Assembly: GCA_037447605.1 (NCBI GenBank)
Contig: CM074819.1
Location: 1,882,297-1,946,296, forward strand
Source: Zygnema circumcarinatum SAG 698-1b
Taxonomy: Eukaryota > Plantae > Zygnematophyceae
Direction: 5' to 3'
Length of the DNA: 64,000 nucleotides
Shown here one piece after another: positions 11,121 through 23,889 of this stretch. The position numbers were made by a program, and so were the translations under genes. The notes below the pieces were generated by a model that ran no database searches, was not told the DNA's origin, and saw only the letters and a program-made list of their open reading frames with translations. Each line of letters opens with the position of its first letter. Position 1 is the first letter of the stretch.

Positions 11121-12584
11121 TGAGGGGAGAAAGGGGAAGGGAGGGAGGGAGGGAGGGAAGGAGAGGGAAAGAGGGATAGAGGGATGGAGGAATGGAGGGA
11201 GGGAGGGAGAGGAGGGAGGGACGAAGAGGTACAGGGGACGGAATGAAGGAGGGGAGGGGAGGGGGGAGAGAGAGGCCTTGCGAGGTTGTCAAATTTTGTT
11301 GTAGCGTAGGCTGTGGTTAGAAGTTCAGACATTCGTAGTCATGTTCGAGCGTGAAAGGAAGGAATGAAGGACGACGAGTTTTTAACTTCGTCCCGTGGTT
11401 GTGTGCTTGTGGTGTTGGGTGCTTTGAAATGTGTTTGATGGGTTCGCTGCGATGGTCCATTTGTTCGTCGTTTTAATCATCCATGAACATCTCGTCAAAT
11501 TGTCATCAATTTCACCTGTACATTACTTTGATGATCGTGTAAAGGACTTCAAAATCTATGCCTATTCTAGCAATGAACAATATTGAGCCAAATTGTTTGT
11601 GGAAATATAACAAGTAAACCTTCTGAAAGGCCCTGCAAAGAATGCTTTCGAAACCTCTTCGCTAGCAGTGCAAAAACTCAGAAACAAAGCCGATATATCT
11701 GCGTATGAACGGATGCTATTTGCTTTGTCATTGTCTCGCAATGTCTCTCTATCTATCATATAATGATTATTTTCTTTGTTCCTTCCTTTCGACACCAGCG
11801 TTTACATCTTATGAAGAGTATGAAGACCGAACCGAACACGATAATATCGAACCAAACTGGGAAGGAAAGTATCGGATAGTTGATTCTTTAATAGACATTT
11901 TCTTCATGGCTATAACTCACTAACAAGTCTGCCTTAACGTAGGTTTCACCTTCCTCTCGATTCCCTGTTGGGTTTTCCTGTAAAACTCCATGTGACAGGC
12001 TTTTGTAGCAAGGTATAGTTATAACTGAGAACACGCAACTGAAAATCAAAACTTAGTCAAGAGTTTTGCCGACACTCGTCGGGACCTTTCCGTGCAATTA
12101 GGTTTTCTCCGGGTTGTCCGAGCTTTTGTACAAAAACTTATGGATTTCAGCCCATTTTTTTCCGCTTTAAAAACACAAGGTTATATTACAACGACATGGA
12201 CAAACAAGGAACTGCTTTTGCATGAAAAACTGAGTTGCCTCCGAGTTCTGCCTTCGAAAGAGGGAAATGTTGACTTCCACCTCCCTCTCTTCCTTCACTC
12301 CCCCCACCCTCCCTCGTCCTCCCCGCCGACTCTACCTTCGTTTATCCTCTCCCTCTCCCTCTCCCGCTCCCTCTCTGTTTCCCTCTGCCCACCTGTCCCT
12401 CCCCTCCTCGTAAAGCCGCATCTTCACAATGCTGCAACAAACTAACAGTAAATCAATAAATTCTTGATGCTCTCTCTTCAAAACACACCCTATTGGGAAC
12501 TACAACCCTCGTCTCTTCCCTCTCCACTCCCCACTTCTTTCTCCTCCCACTACTCCCTCCCCCCCCTCTTTCTCTCTCTTTCAC

Positions 12585-15221
12585 TCAAATCCCATTCTGA
12601 GCCTTGGGCTCCTCTCCCGGCACTGCTTCGTACCCGTCCTCTCTCACCTCCCTCCCCCTCGACGTTCTCTGGGGTGTGCCACCACCCGGCACAGGGATGA
12701 ACTTCACAACTGCGGCGATCGGCATACTGACAGCTCCAATAGCAGCACATATCCCCCACTCCCGGAGGGTAAGGGGCACTGTGGAGGCAAATTTTCCGAG
12801 AAATTGCACCAACACAATTTGGAAGGAAACAGTGACAAAAATGATACCGAGAAATATGTAGTTTTGGAATACATTACGGAACACATTCACACGTTCCATG
12901 TCGCGAGCGTTGAACTCGTTAAACACCTGCGAGAAGGGGCAGGGGCAAACTCGAGTCATATCTCAGGGGGATAAAATCACCTTCCTTCACTCTCTCCTGC
13001 CTCTCCTGCTTCCCCCCTCCTCCACCCTCTCCCCCTCCCTCCCTCTCTACGTTCCCTCCCTCCCGCTCCGCCTTTCTCCTCTCCCTCTCCCTCTTCCTCC
13101 CACATCCCATTTCTCCTCTCCCTCTCTCTCTCCCTCCCACATTCCATATCTCCTCTCCCTCTCCCTCTCCCTCCCACATCCCATTTCTCCTCTCCCTCTC
13201 CCTCTCCCTCTCNNNNNNNNNNCCCCCCTCTCCCTCCCCCACCTGGCACAACACGAAGGCGTTGAAAATCATGGTATTGAGCCTCATTTTCGCCGTCTCC
13301 CCGGTAAACCCGAGCAGCTCCGTCCCCTTCAACTGCAGAACCGCCAAAACTGCCAGCTGGTACACGGCCTGGCCAGTGATATTGCGCCACATCAGCAAGC
13401 TGACAAACTGTCCTTTCCGGCCGACCGGCGGTTTGCTCATGAGCGAGTCGTCCGGCGGGTCGGTGGCCAATGCGAGGGCGCCAAGTGTGTCCATGATCAG
13501 GTTGACCCATAGGAGCTGGACAGCTGTCAGGGGGGCCTCGCCTGGATGGGAAAGGGGGGGGGCGCAAAAATGGGGGTGAGAGAGACTGAGGGAGAGGGAG
13601 AGGTAGAGGGAGAGGGAGAGGAAGAGGGAGAGGGAGAGGGAAGGGGAAAGGAGAGGGAGAGGGAGAGGGAAGGGGAGAGGGACGGGGCGAGGGAGAGGGA
13701 GGGGAAGAGGGAAGGGGAGAGGAAGAGGGAGAGGGAATGGAGAGGGAGGGGGACGGGGAGAGGGAGAGGGAGAGGGAAGGGGCGATGGAGAGAGAGGGGG
13801 AAGGGGAGAAGGAGAGGGAGAGGGAGAGGGAAGGGGAGAGGGACGGGGCGAGGGAGAGGAGGGAAGAGGGAAGGGGAGAGGAAGAGGAGAGGGAAGGAGA
13901 GGGAGAGGGAAGGGGAGAGGGAGAGGGAGAGGGAAGGGGCGAGAGGGGGAAGGGGAGAAGGAGAGGGAGAGGGAGAGGGAAGGGGAGAGGGACGGGGCGA
14001 GGGAGAGGGAGGGGAAGAGGGAAGGGGAGAGGAAGAGGGAGAGGGAAGGGGAGAGGGAAATGGAGAGGGAGGGGGACGGGGAGAGGGAGAGGGAGAGGGA
14101 AGGGGCGATGGAGAGAGAGGGGGAAGGGGAGAAGGAGAGGGAGAGGGAGAGGGAAGGGGAGAGGGACGGGGCGAGGGAGAGGAGGGGAAGAGGGAAGGGG
14201 AGAGGGAGAGGGAGAGGGAAATGGAGAGGGAGGGGGACAGGGAGAGGGAGAGGGAGAGGGAGGGGGCGATGGAGAGAGAGGGGGAAGGGGAGAAGGAGAG
14301 GGAGAGGGAGAGGGAAGGGGAGAGGGACGGGGCGAGGGAGAGGGAGGGGAAGAGGGAAGGGGAGAGGAAGAGGGAGAGGGAAGGGGAGAGGGAAATGGAG
14401 AGGGAGGGGGACGGGGAGAGGGAGAGGGAGAGGGAAGGGGAGAGGGAGAGGGAAAGGGAGGGGTATTGGGAGTGGGAGAGGGACATGGGGAGGGAGAGGG
14501 ATGGAGAGGCAAGTGGGAGAAGCTGAGGGAGGGCGGGAGTGGGGGAGACAGACAGAGAGAGAGAGAAAGGGAGAGAGAGAGAGGCACATACCACTCAAGC
14601 AGGCAGAAACGAAGTTGATTACAAGAGCCACTATGTTGACGGTGAGTTGGAACTGAACGAATTTTTGAATATTTCTGTACACGGAACGGCCCCACTTGGC
14701 GACTTGCACGATGGTGGCGAAGTTGTCGTCCAACACGACAATATCCGCACTCTCCTTCGCTACCTGGGCAGGAGAGAGAGGGCAGGAGAGAGAGGGCAGG
14801 AGAGAGAGAGGGCAGGAGAGAGAGGGCAGGAGAGAGAGGGCAGGAGAGAGAGGGCAGGAGAGAGAGGGCAGGAGCGGGAGAGAGAAGAAGCGGATGAGAG
14901 ATGGAAGGGAGAGGGAGAAGGCAGGGAGAGGCAAAGGGATGGAGGGAGGAGAGAAGAACAGAGTGGGGGAAAAGGGAGGGAGAGTGCAGGAGAGAGAAGG
15001 GCCGGATGAGAGAGGGAAAGGAGAGGAAGCAGGTAGGAGAGGCATGGAGATGGAGGGAGGGGGAAGAGAGAGGAAAAGAGAGAGGGAGAGGGGACGCATA
15101 TGGTTGGGGGGATGAAGGGGGAAAGTGACTGCATGAATATCTGCGCTCGTGAGAGTGTGAGAGAGAGTGAGCGAGATAGACAGAGACAGAGGCAGAGAGA
15201 GAGAGAAAGAAAGAGAGAGAC

Positions 15222-15279
<58 letters not shown>

Positions 15280-18200
15280 CTTTGGTAGTACCTCCGTTCC
15301 AGCTATGCCCATGGCGAGGCCGATATCTGATTCCTTGAGAGCGGGCGCGTCATTAGTTCCGTCGCCTGTAACGGCAACTACCTCTCCCATAGATCGCAGT
15401 TCTGAGACCAAAATCAGTTTGTCGGAAGGAGAAGATCGAGCCATCACCTGTAAGGTTATAAATTGGTTAAGGTTAGAATTCGCAAGTTTCTAATATCCGA
15501 ACACAAATTAAAGAAAGTTAAGAAGAGACAAGATAATATGCAAAAAGCTCCATTCTTTACACCCTTATGGTTTTCAAGGCTGAGTTAACTCAGAAATCCC
15601 AAAAAAACTAAGGAACATGAAAACAAAAACCCTAATATGCGCAATAAAAAAAGCCCAAAAATGCCCTGAAAGTTACGAAGTAATTCACCTGCAGCCTCGG
15701 AATAAGTTTCCTCATTTCTACGGGATTCAGGTTACGGAAAATAGGGCCCTCTATGGCTTCTCCGTCTGTGAGAATTCCGCACTCCCTCGCAATAGCTTTC
15801 GCAGTTGTGAGGTTGTCCCCCGTCACCATGCGAACCTGTGAAAAAAATTGGGGGTGGGTTCAGGGTTTTAGGGTTGACGGGGTGTAGAATTTTTGAAGTT
15901 GTAGGGTTTTTGGGGGTTTCGGGGTTTTTGGAGTTGAAGGGTTTTTGGGGTTTTTGGGGTTTTAGGGTTTTGGGGGTTTTTTGGGGTTTAGGGTTTTATG
16001 GGTTTTAGGGTTTTCGGGTAATGGGTTTGTGGTTATGAAGCTTTTGAGCAGTGGGATTGTTAGGTTTTTGGGTTTTTTGGTTTTTGAGGTCTTTGGGATT
16101 TGGGTTTTGGGTATTGGGGGCTTACGAGTTTTTGGTTTTATGAATTCTTGGGATTTTGGGTTTTTGGGTTTTTGGGTTCGGTGGGTGGGGGAAAGGAGAG
16201 GTTGAGGGAGTGGGAGTTGGAGCGGGAGAGGGAGGGGGAGTGGGAAAGGGAAACAGAAAAAATAGGGAAATTAGAGAGAGAGAAAGGATAGAGAGAGGCA
16301 GAGAAAGACAGAAAAAAGGGAGAGAAGCAGAGTGAGAGAGAGAGAGAGAGAGGGAGAGAGAGGGGGAAGTGGGGGTAAATAGAGACCCACCATGATCCCT
16401 GCTGACTGACACAGTTTAACCGAATCCTGTACTCCACTCCGAAGTGGATCCTTGATTCCAACGATTGCCAGGAGGGTTAACCCCGACACTGGAATCGGGT
16501 GGTCGTCGGGCCACTCCCCCGCCGGCACCTCTCGCGGGTTCAAATCTTTGTATGCCAAACTCAAAGTCCGGAGAGCATCTTCCGCAAATCCGTTAATCAC
16601 ACCTCCAAGGGTTCCCTGTTCCATGCCATATACCTGCATACAAAGTCTCCGTAATTGGGTAAGAATTTTGGGTTTTTCAAAGCTTGAAAAACCTCAAGAA
16701 TTGGGTAAGAATTTTGGGCTTTTCAAAGCTTTAAAAAGCTTTATATTCTGATTAGGGTTTTTCAGGGGTGTTCAACTTCCATATTCAGGGGAGACAAAGA
16801 GGGAGGAGGCCGGGAGAGGGAGGAAGGGGGAGGAGGAAGGAGAGGGGGGCAGAGGGGAAGATAGAGAGGGAGGGAAAGTCGGAGGAGAGAGATGGAGCGA
16901 GAGAGAGAGACAGAAAGATTTACTTCTGCTTTTTCCTTTCAAGTTTCCTTAAGCTATCTTCATTGCTTTTTTTTTCGAGTTTTTTGAAGGGTTTTATCTT
17001 CTTCACTGACCTCCCCACTCGGTCCCATCATTTTGTCACACATTGAGAGAATAATTTCCGCCGCTCCTTTCCAGTGCACTCGATATCTTCCGTCGGGAAG
17101 TTTTATAACAGCCCCCATCCTTTTCCTTTTGGAGTTAAACGGATCAACGGCAACAATCTCCGCCATAGAACGAACATTGACGAAATTACATCCAAAAGAA
17201 GAAGCCATAGTTAGAATTGCAGCTTCAGTCGGGGTAGCATTGACCTTATTATCTTCATCGACATCTCCGCTCGTGTTCTGGTAAATATTTTCAACTAGTA
17301 CGGAAATGAATCTGGGAGAAAGGTCCTGCACAGACATCAGATGGAGAAGGGTGTAAAAATTGCAAGAAGGGTTTTTAAGGGTCTGTAAGGATATTTAGGG
17401 CTTTCAGTCTTTAGGCTTTTAGGGTTAATGTGAAATATTGGAAAGTTAACTTCAATTCTCCTATCTTTCACGTAGAATTGAATTAGCAACCTCTATGGCC
17501 TGCCCTCTCTCTTCACTCTCTCTCTCTCTCCCTCCTTCATCACGCCCTTTCCTCCTCCCTTCCTCCTCCCTCTGCAACCTTTCCCTTCCCTCCCTTCCCT
17601 TCCTCCCTTTCCTCCCTTCCTCCTCCCTTCCTCTTCCCACTCTCCCCTCTGCTACCTTCCTCTTCTCTCCCTTCCCTTTCTCCCTTTCCTTCCTTCCTCC
17701 TCCCTCTTCCCACTCTCCCCTCTGCTACCTTTCTCTTCTCTCCCTTCCTTTCCTCCCTTTCCTTCCTTCCTCCTCCCTTCCTCTTCCCACTCTCCCCTCT
17801 GCTACCTCTCTCTTCTCTCCCTTCCCTTCCTCCCTTTCCTTCCTTCCTCCTCCCTTCCTCTTCCCACTCTCCCCTCTGCTACCTCTCTCTTCTCTCCCTT
17901 CCCTTCCTCCCTTTCCTTCCTTCCTCCTCCCTTCCTCTTCCCACTCTCCCCTCTGCTACCTCTCTCTTCTCTCCCTTCCCTTCCTCCCTTTCCTTCCTTC
18001 CTCCTCCCTTCCTCTTCCCACTCTCCCCTCTGCTACCTCTCTCTTCTCTCCCTTCCCTTCCTCCCTTTCCTTCCTTCCTCCTCCCTTCCTCTTCCCACTC
18101 TCCCCTCTGCTACCTCTCTCTTCTCTCCCTTCCCTTCCTCCCTTTCCTTCCTTCCTCCTCCCGTCCTCTTCCCACTCTCCCCTCTGCTACCTTTCTCTTC

Positions 18201-21200
18201 TCTCCCTTCCTTTCCTCCCTTTCCTTCCTTCCTCCTCCCTTCCTCTTCCCACTCTCCCCTCTGCTACCTCTCTCTTCTCTCCCTTCCTTTCCTCCCTTTC
18301 CTTCCTTCCTTCCTTCCTCCTCCCTTCCTCTTCCCACTCTCCCCTCTGCTACCTCTCTCTTCTCTCCCTTCCCTTCCTCCCTTTCCTTCCTTCCTCCTCC
18401 CTTCCTCTTCCCACTCTCCCCTCTGCTACCTTTCTCTTCTCTCCCTTCCCTTCCTCCCTTTCCTTCCTTCCTCCTCCCTTCCTCTTCCCACTCTCCCCTC
18501 TGCTACCTCTCTCTTCTCTCCCTTCCCTTCCTCCCTTTCCTTCCTTCCTCCTCCCTTCCTCTTCCCACTCTCCCCTCTGCTACCTCTCTCTTCTCTCCCT
18601 TCCCTTCCTCCCTTTCCTTCCTTCCTCCTCCCTTCCTCTTCCCACTCTCCCCTCTGCTACCTCTCTCTTCTCTCCCTTCCCTTCCTCCCTTTCCTTCCTT
18701 CCTCCTCCCTTCCTCTTCCCACTCTCCCCTCTGCTACCTTTCTCTTCTCTCCCTTGCCTTCTTCTCTTCCTTCCTTCCTCCTCCCATCCTCTTCCCACTC
18801 TCCCCTCTGCTACCTCTCTCTTCTCTCCCTTCCCTTCCTCCCTTTCCTTCCTTCCTCCTCCCATCCTCTTCCCACTCTCCCCTCTGCTACCTCTCTCTTC
18901 TCTCCCTTCCTTTCCTCCCTTTCCTTCCTTCCTCCTCCCTTCCTCTTCCCACTCTCCCCTCTGCTATCGTCTCTCCCTTCCCTTCCTCCCTTTCCTTCCT
19001 TCCTTCTCCCTGCTCTCGCGCTTCCCTCCCTCCACCTCTCCAATTCAACTCCAGTCCTCCTAATCATCAACACATTAAGCTCAGAAATCTGAGACCTCAA
19101 CCAGACCTCCCATTTCTCTCTCACAGGCTATCTTCACGAAACTTGAACATGACCATGAACTGAAAAAAGCACAAAAAAAGAAAAATTTAAAGAGACTTGA
19201 ACTGAAACCAAGCCATGTAGGAAACCAACCCATGTAACCAGGTTTGCAGGTTTGCAACTAGAAACCACTCACAGCTATTCTCCCTCCCTCCATGGTCCGA
19301 ACCTTCCCTCCCATCCATGCTCTCACTACTGTCATTTTGTTGGTAGTGAGAGTGCCGGTCTTATCGCTGCAAATAGTGGTGGCGGAACCCATAGTTTCAC
19401 AAGCCGCCAATTTTCTCACAAGAGCATTATCCGCCATCATTCTTTTCATGGCAAAAGCAAGAGTTAAAGTGACAGCTAAAGGGAGCCCTTCTGGAACAGC
19501 AACCACTACTATTGTTACGGCAATAGCAAAAAATTCCACCATCTGGGCAGAAAAAGAAAAGAAAAGAAAAGAAACGGAGAAGGGTTAGTAGTTGTTCTTT
19601 CAAAAAAAAGGTTATCCCTTTAAAAAAGAAGACAAGAAATGGAGATATGGAACAAGAAAGCTAAGCTAAGCTAAGTCTCAAACTCTCACTCTCTCTCTCT
19701 CTTTCTCTCTCTCGCTCGCTCTCTCTCTCTCTCTTCTCTCACATCCGCCACCGATTCTCTCCCCCCATTTCAGAACGAACATGCGACCAATAAGATCAAC
19801 GAAATAAGACCAAAAACCCAAAAAAAAATACCACTAAAATACCTCAAAAAACGCACGCTCAAAAGCCTAAAAGAAACTCCCAAAAAAGGGGAAAGTTTCA
19901 GTTCCATGAAACTCACCCGAAGCACGTACTCTGTTTTCCATGTGAAATTAACTGAAATGAAAAAACGGACCACAAGGACAGTCAGTAAAAGCCCCGCCAC
20001 AATGAGGCCGAGATTTCCGACCAATGTAGCGACTCCACTTAGACGGACCTGCAAATTTAAAAAAAAAAAAAAAGAAGTTTCGCGAGAAGAGGAATCTCAG
20101 TAAATTTGAGTTTATATCAACAAACTTGGAACAATGCACAAAGGAAACTAAAAAAGTTAATAGGATATAGTACTTTAGGGTTGTAGGGTTCCAAGAAAAA
20201 CAGGGCCCTTTACACTACTAGGATTGTAAGCTTTTTAGGGAATGTAACTTGAAGAGCCTTAGAGTGTGATAAGTCTTGATATTCTCAGGGTTTCAGTAAT
20301 GCAAATATAGGGTTTAAAAGGGAACCGAGAGAGGGAGGTAGGGAGGGAGGGAGGGAGGGAGGGAGATGCAAAAATAGGGATTAAAAGAGGACGGAGAGAG
20401 GGAGGTAGGGAGGGAGGGAGGGAGGGAGGGAGGGAGATGCAAAAATAGGGTTTAAAAGGGGACCGAGAGAGGGAGGGAGGAGAGGGAGGGAGGGAGGGAG
20501 GGAGGGAGGGAGGGAGGGAGGGAGATGCAAAAATAGGGTTTAAAAGGGAACCGAGAGAGGGAGGTAGGGAGGGAGGGAGGGAGGGAGGGAGGGAGGGAGG
20601 GAGGGAGGGAGGGAGGGAGGGAGATGCAAAAACAGGGTTTAAAAGGGGACTGAGAGAGGGAGGAGGGAGGGAGGGAGGGGAGGGAGATGCAGAAATAGGG
20701 TTTAAAAGGGGACGGAGAGAGGGAGGTAGGGAGGGAGGGAGGGAGGGAGGGAGGGAGGGAGAAAGGGAGGGAGGGAGGGAGATGCAAAAATAGGGTTTAA
20801 AAGGGAACCGAGAGAGGGAGGTAGGGAGGGAGGGAGGGGGGGGGGAGGGAGATGCAGAAATAGGGTTTAAAAGGGGACGGAGAGAGGGAGGTAGAGGGAG
20901 GGAGGGAGGGAGGGAGGGAGGGAGAAAGGGAGGGAGGGAGGGAGATGCAAAAATAGGGATTAAAAGGGGACCGAGAGAGGGAGGTAGGGAGGGAGGGAGG
21001 GAGGGAGGGAGGGAGATGCAAAAATAGGGTTTAAAAGGGGACGGAGAGAGGGAGGTAGGGAGGGAGGGAGGAAGGGAGGGAGGGAGGGAGGGAAGAAGGG
21101 AGGGAGGGAGATGCAAAAATAGGGTTTAAAAGGGAACCGAGAGAGGGAGGTAGGGAGGGAGGGAGGGAGGAGGGAGGGAGGGAGGGAGGGAGGGAGAGGG

Positions 21201-23839
21201 AGGGAGGGAGATGCAAAAATAGGGTTTAAAAGGGAACCGAGCGAGGGAGGTAGGGAGGGAGGGAGGGGAGGGAGGGAGATGCAAAAATAGGGATTAAAAG
21301 AGGACGGAGAGGGAGGGAGGGAGGGAGGTAGGGAGGGAGGGAGGGAGGGAGGGAGGGAGATGCAAAAATAGGGTTTAAAAGGGGACCGAGAGAGGGAGGG
21401 AGGAGGGAGGGAGGGAGGGAGGGAGGGAGGGAGGGAGGGAGGGAGGGAGGGAGGGAGATGCAAAAATAGGGTTTAAAAGGGAACCGAGAGAGGGAGGTAG
21501 GGAAGGAGGGAGGGGAGGGAGGGAGGGGAGGGAGGGAGAGAGGGAGGGAGGGAGATGCAAAAACAGGGTTTAAAAGGGAACTGAGAGAGGGAGGAGGAGG
21601 GAGGGGGAGGGAGATGCAGAAATAGGGTTTAAAAGGGGACGGAGAGAGGGAGGTAGGGAGGGAGGGAGGAGGGAGGGAGGGAGGGAGAAAGGGAGGGAGG
21701 GAGGGAGATGCAAAAATAGGGTTTAAAAGGGAACCGAGCGAGGGAGGTAGGGAGGGAGGGAGGGGGGGAGGGAGATGCAGAAATAGGGTTTAAAAGGGGA
21801 CGGAGAGAGGGAGGTAGGGAGGGAGGGAGGGAGGGAGGGAGGGAGGGAGAAAGGGAGGGAGGGAGGGAGATGCAAAAATAGGGATTAAAAGGGGACGGAG
21901 AGAGGGAGGTAGGGAGGGAGGGAGGGAGGGAGGGAGGGAGATGCAAAAATAGGGTTTAAAAGGGAACCGAGAGGGAGGAGTAGGTAGGGAGGGAGGAGGA
22001 GGGAGGGAGGGAGGAGGGAGGGAGGGAGGGAGGGAGGAGATGCAAAAATAGGGTGTAAAAGGGAACCGAGAGAGGGAGGTAGGTAGGGGAGGGAGGGAGG
22101 GAGAGAGGGAGGGAGGGAGAGGAGGAGGGAGGGAGGAGGAGATGCAAAAATAGGGTTTAAAAGGGAACCGAGCGAGGGAGGTAGGGAGGGAGGGAGGGGG
22201 GGAGGGAGATGCAGAAATAGGGTTTAAAAGGGACAGAGAGGAGGTAGGGAGGGAGGGAGGGAGGGAGGGAGGGAGGGAGGGAGGAAAAGGAGGGAGGAGG
22301 AGATGCAGAAATAGGGTTTAAAAGGGGACGGAGAGAGGGAGGTAGGGAGGGAGGGAGGGAGGGAGGGAGGGAGGGAGAAAGGGAGGGAGGGAGGGAGATG
22401 CAAAAATAGGGTTTAAAAGGGAACCGAGAGAGGGAGGTAGGGAGGGAGGGAGGGAGGGAGGGAGGGAGGGAGGGAGGGAGAAAGGGAGGGAGGGAGGGAG
22501 ATGCAAAAATAGGGTTTAAAAGGGAACCGAGAGAGGGAGGTAGGGAGGGAGGGAGGGGGGGAGGGAGATGCAGAAATAGGGTTTAAAAGGGGACGGAGAG
22601 AGGGAGGAGGGAGGTAGGGAGGGAGGGAGGGAGGGAGGGAGGGAGATGCAAAAATAGGGTTTAAAAGGGAACCGAGAGAGGGAGGTAGGGAGGGAGGGAG
22701 GGAGGGGGGGAGGGAGGGAGGGAGGGAGGGAGGGAGGGAGGGAGGGAGAGTGTTAACCCTTACCTGCAGAGGCGTCTCTTCATCGTCATCTTCACTCAAA
22801 GTGGTCATTAGGCGTCCCCATTGCGTGTGTGCGCCCACACTCGTTACGAGCATTGTTGCCTCTCCGTCCTGCACAGTGGTGCCTGCTTGAAGGAAGGGGC
22901 GGGAGTGGTCGCGATGTTGGAGCTCACTCTCTCCCGTCATGCTCGAATCATCTATCATCAGGCCATAGCCTGCAAAACCGAACAAAGTATCGCGGAAAAC
23001 TCAGCAGTTTGCAAAGCACATGAATCGACAGTTCTTTCATCGCATGAGATTTCGTGGTTGTTCAATCTAGACGTAACAAGTTAAAGTTTTAGGGTTTTTA
23101 GGGTTTTGAGGGTTTTGAGGGTTTTGAGGGTTTTTAGGGTGAACTGTGGTATGAAATTGTGGCACGATTTGGGGTGCAGGTTGAGGGGGCAACCATGCAA
23201 GAAGAGACCGTCTGCAGGAATGATGTCTCCGATTTGGAGGTAGAGAATGTCCCCCGCTAAGAGGTCATAAATGAGCAGCTTTTGCCTCCTCCCATTGCGC
23301 AGCACATCCATAAAGATCTCCTTCTTCTTCTTGTCAAGCTCTCGGAACTGCGTGGGAGAGTGGGAAAGAGCGAGAGAACGAGAGAGAGAGATAGGGGGAG
23401 AGAGAGAGAGAGAGAGATTATTTGTGTGGACACATCATCACTTTCACTCACTTAAAAATTATCATTTACTTATCTTATCTTTGTTTCTATATTGATACCT
23501 TTCTGACTTTCCCTACTTTCCCATTACTTTCAACTTCACCCTGACCTTCAGCTTCATATTCATGTTAACCTTACCTTGGGGTTAATTTACTTCAACTCTC
23601 CGAAAAGAGGGAGAATGAGAGGAAGTCAGACAGGAGGAGGCATAGGGGGGGGGGAAATGGCGGGAAGGGGGAGGGAGAAAGAGAGGGAGAAGGCATAGGG
23701 GTAGGGGGAGAGAGCGTGAGGGGCGTAGAATGAGGCGAGGTGATGGAGGGGTTGAAGGGAGAGAAAGAGGCGGAGGACTTGAGGAGAAGAGAGAGGCGGA
23801 AAGAAATAAAGGAAGAGAAAGGGAGAGGGAGAGGAGAAG

Positions 23840-23889
<50 letters not shown>

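Noticed and set aside
12919-19063. Very long Pro/Ser/Leu- or Gly/Glu/Arg-rich ORFs (e.g. 842 aa, 572 aa, 522 aa)
   Set aside because: They are stop-free by-products of low-complexity introns. Only the ATPase exons embedded in them are credible.
20298-22750. Repeat-spacer pattern resembling a CRISPR array
   Set aside because: The spacers are just variable (GGGA)n, not unique sequences. It lies in a eukaryotic intron with no cas genes.
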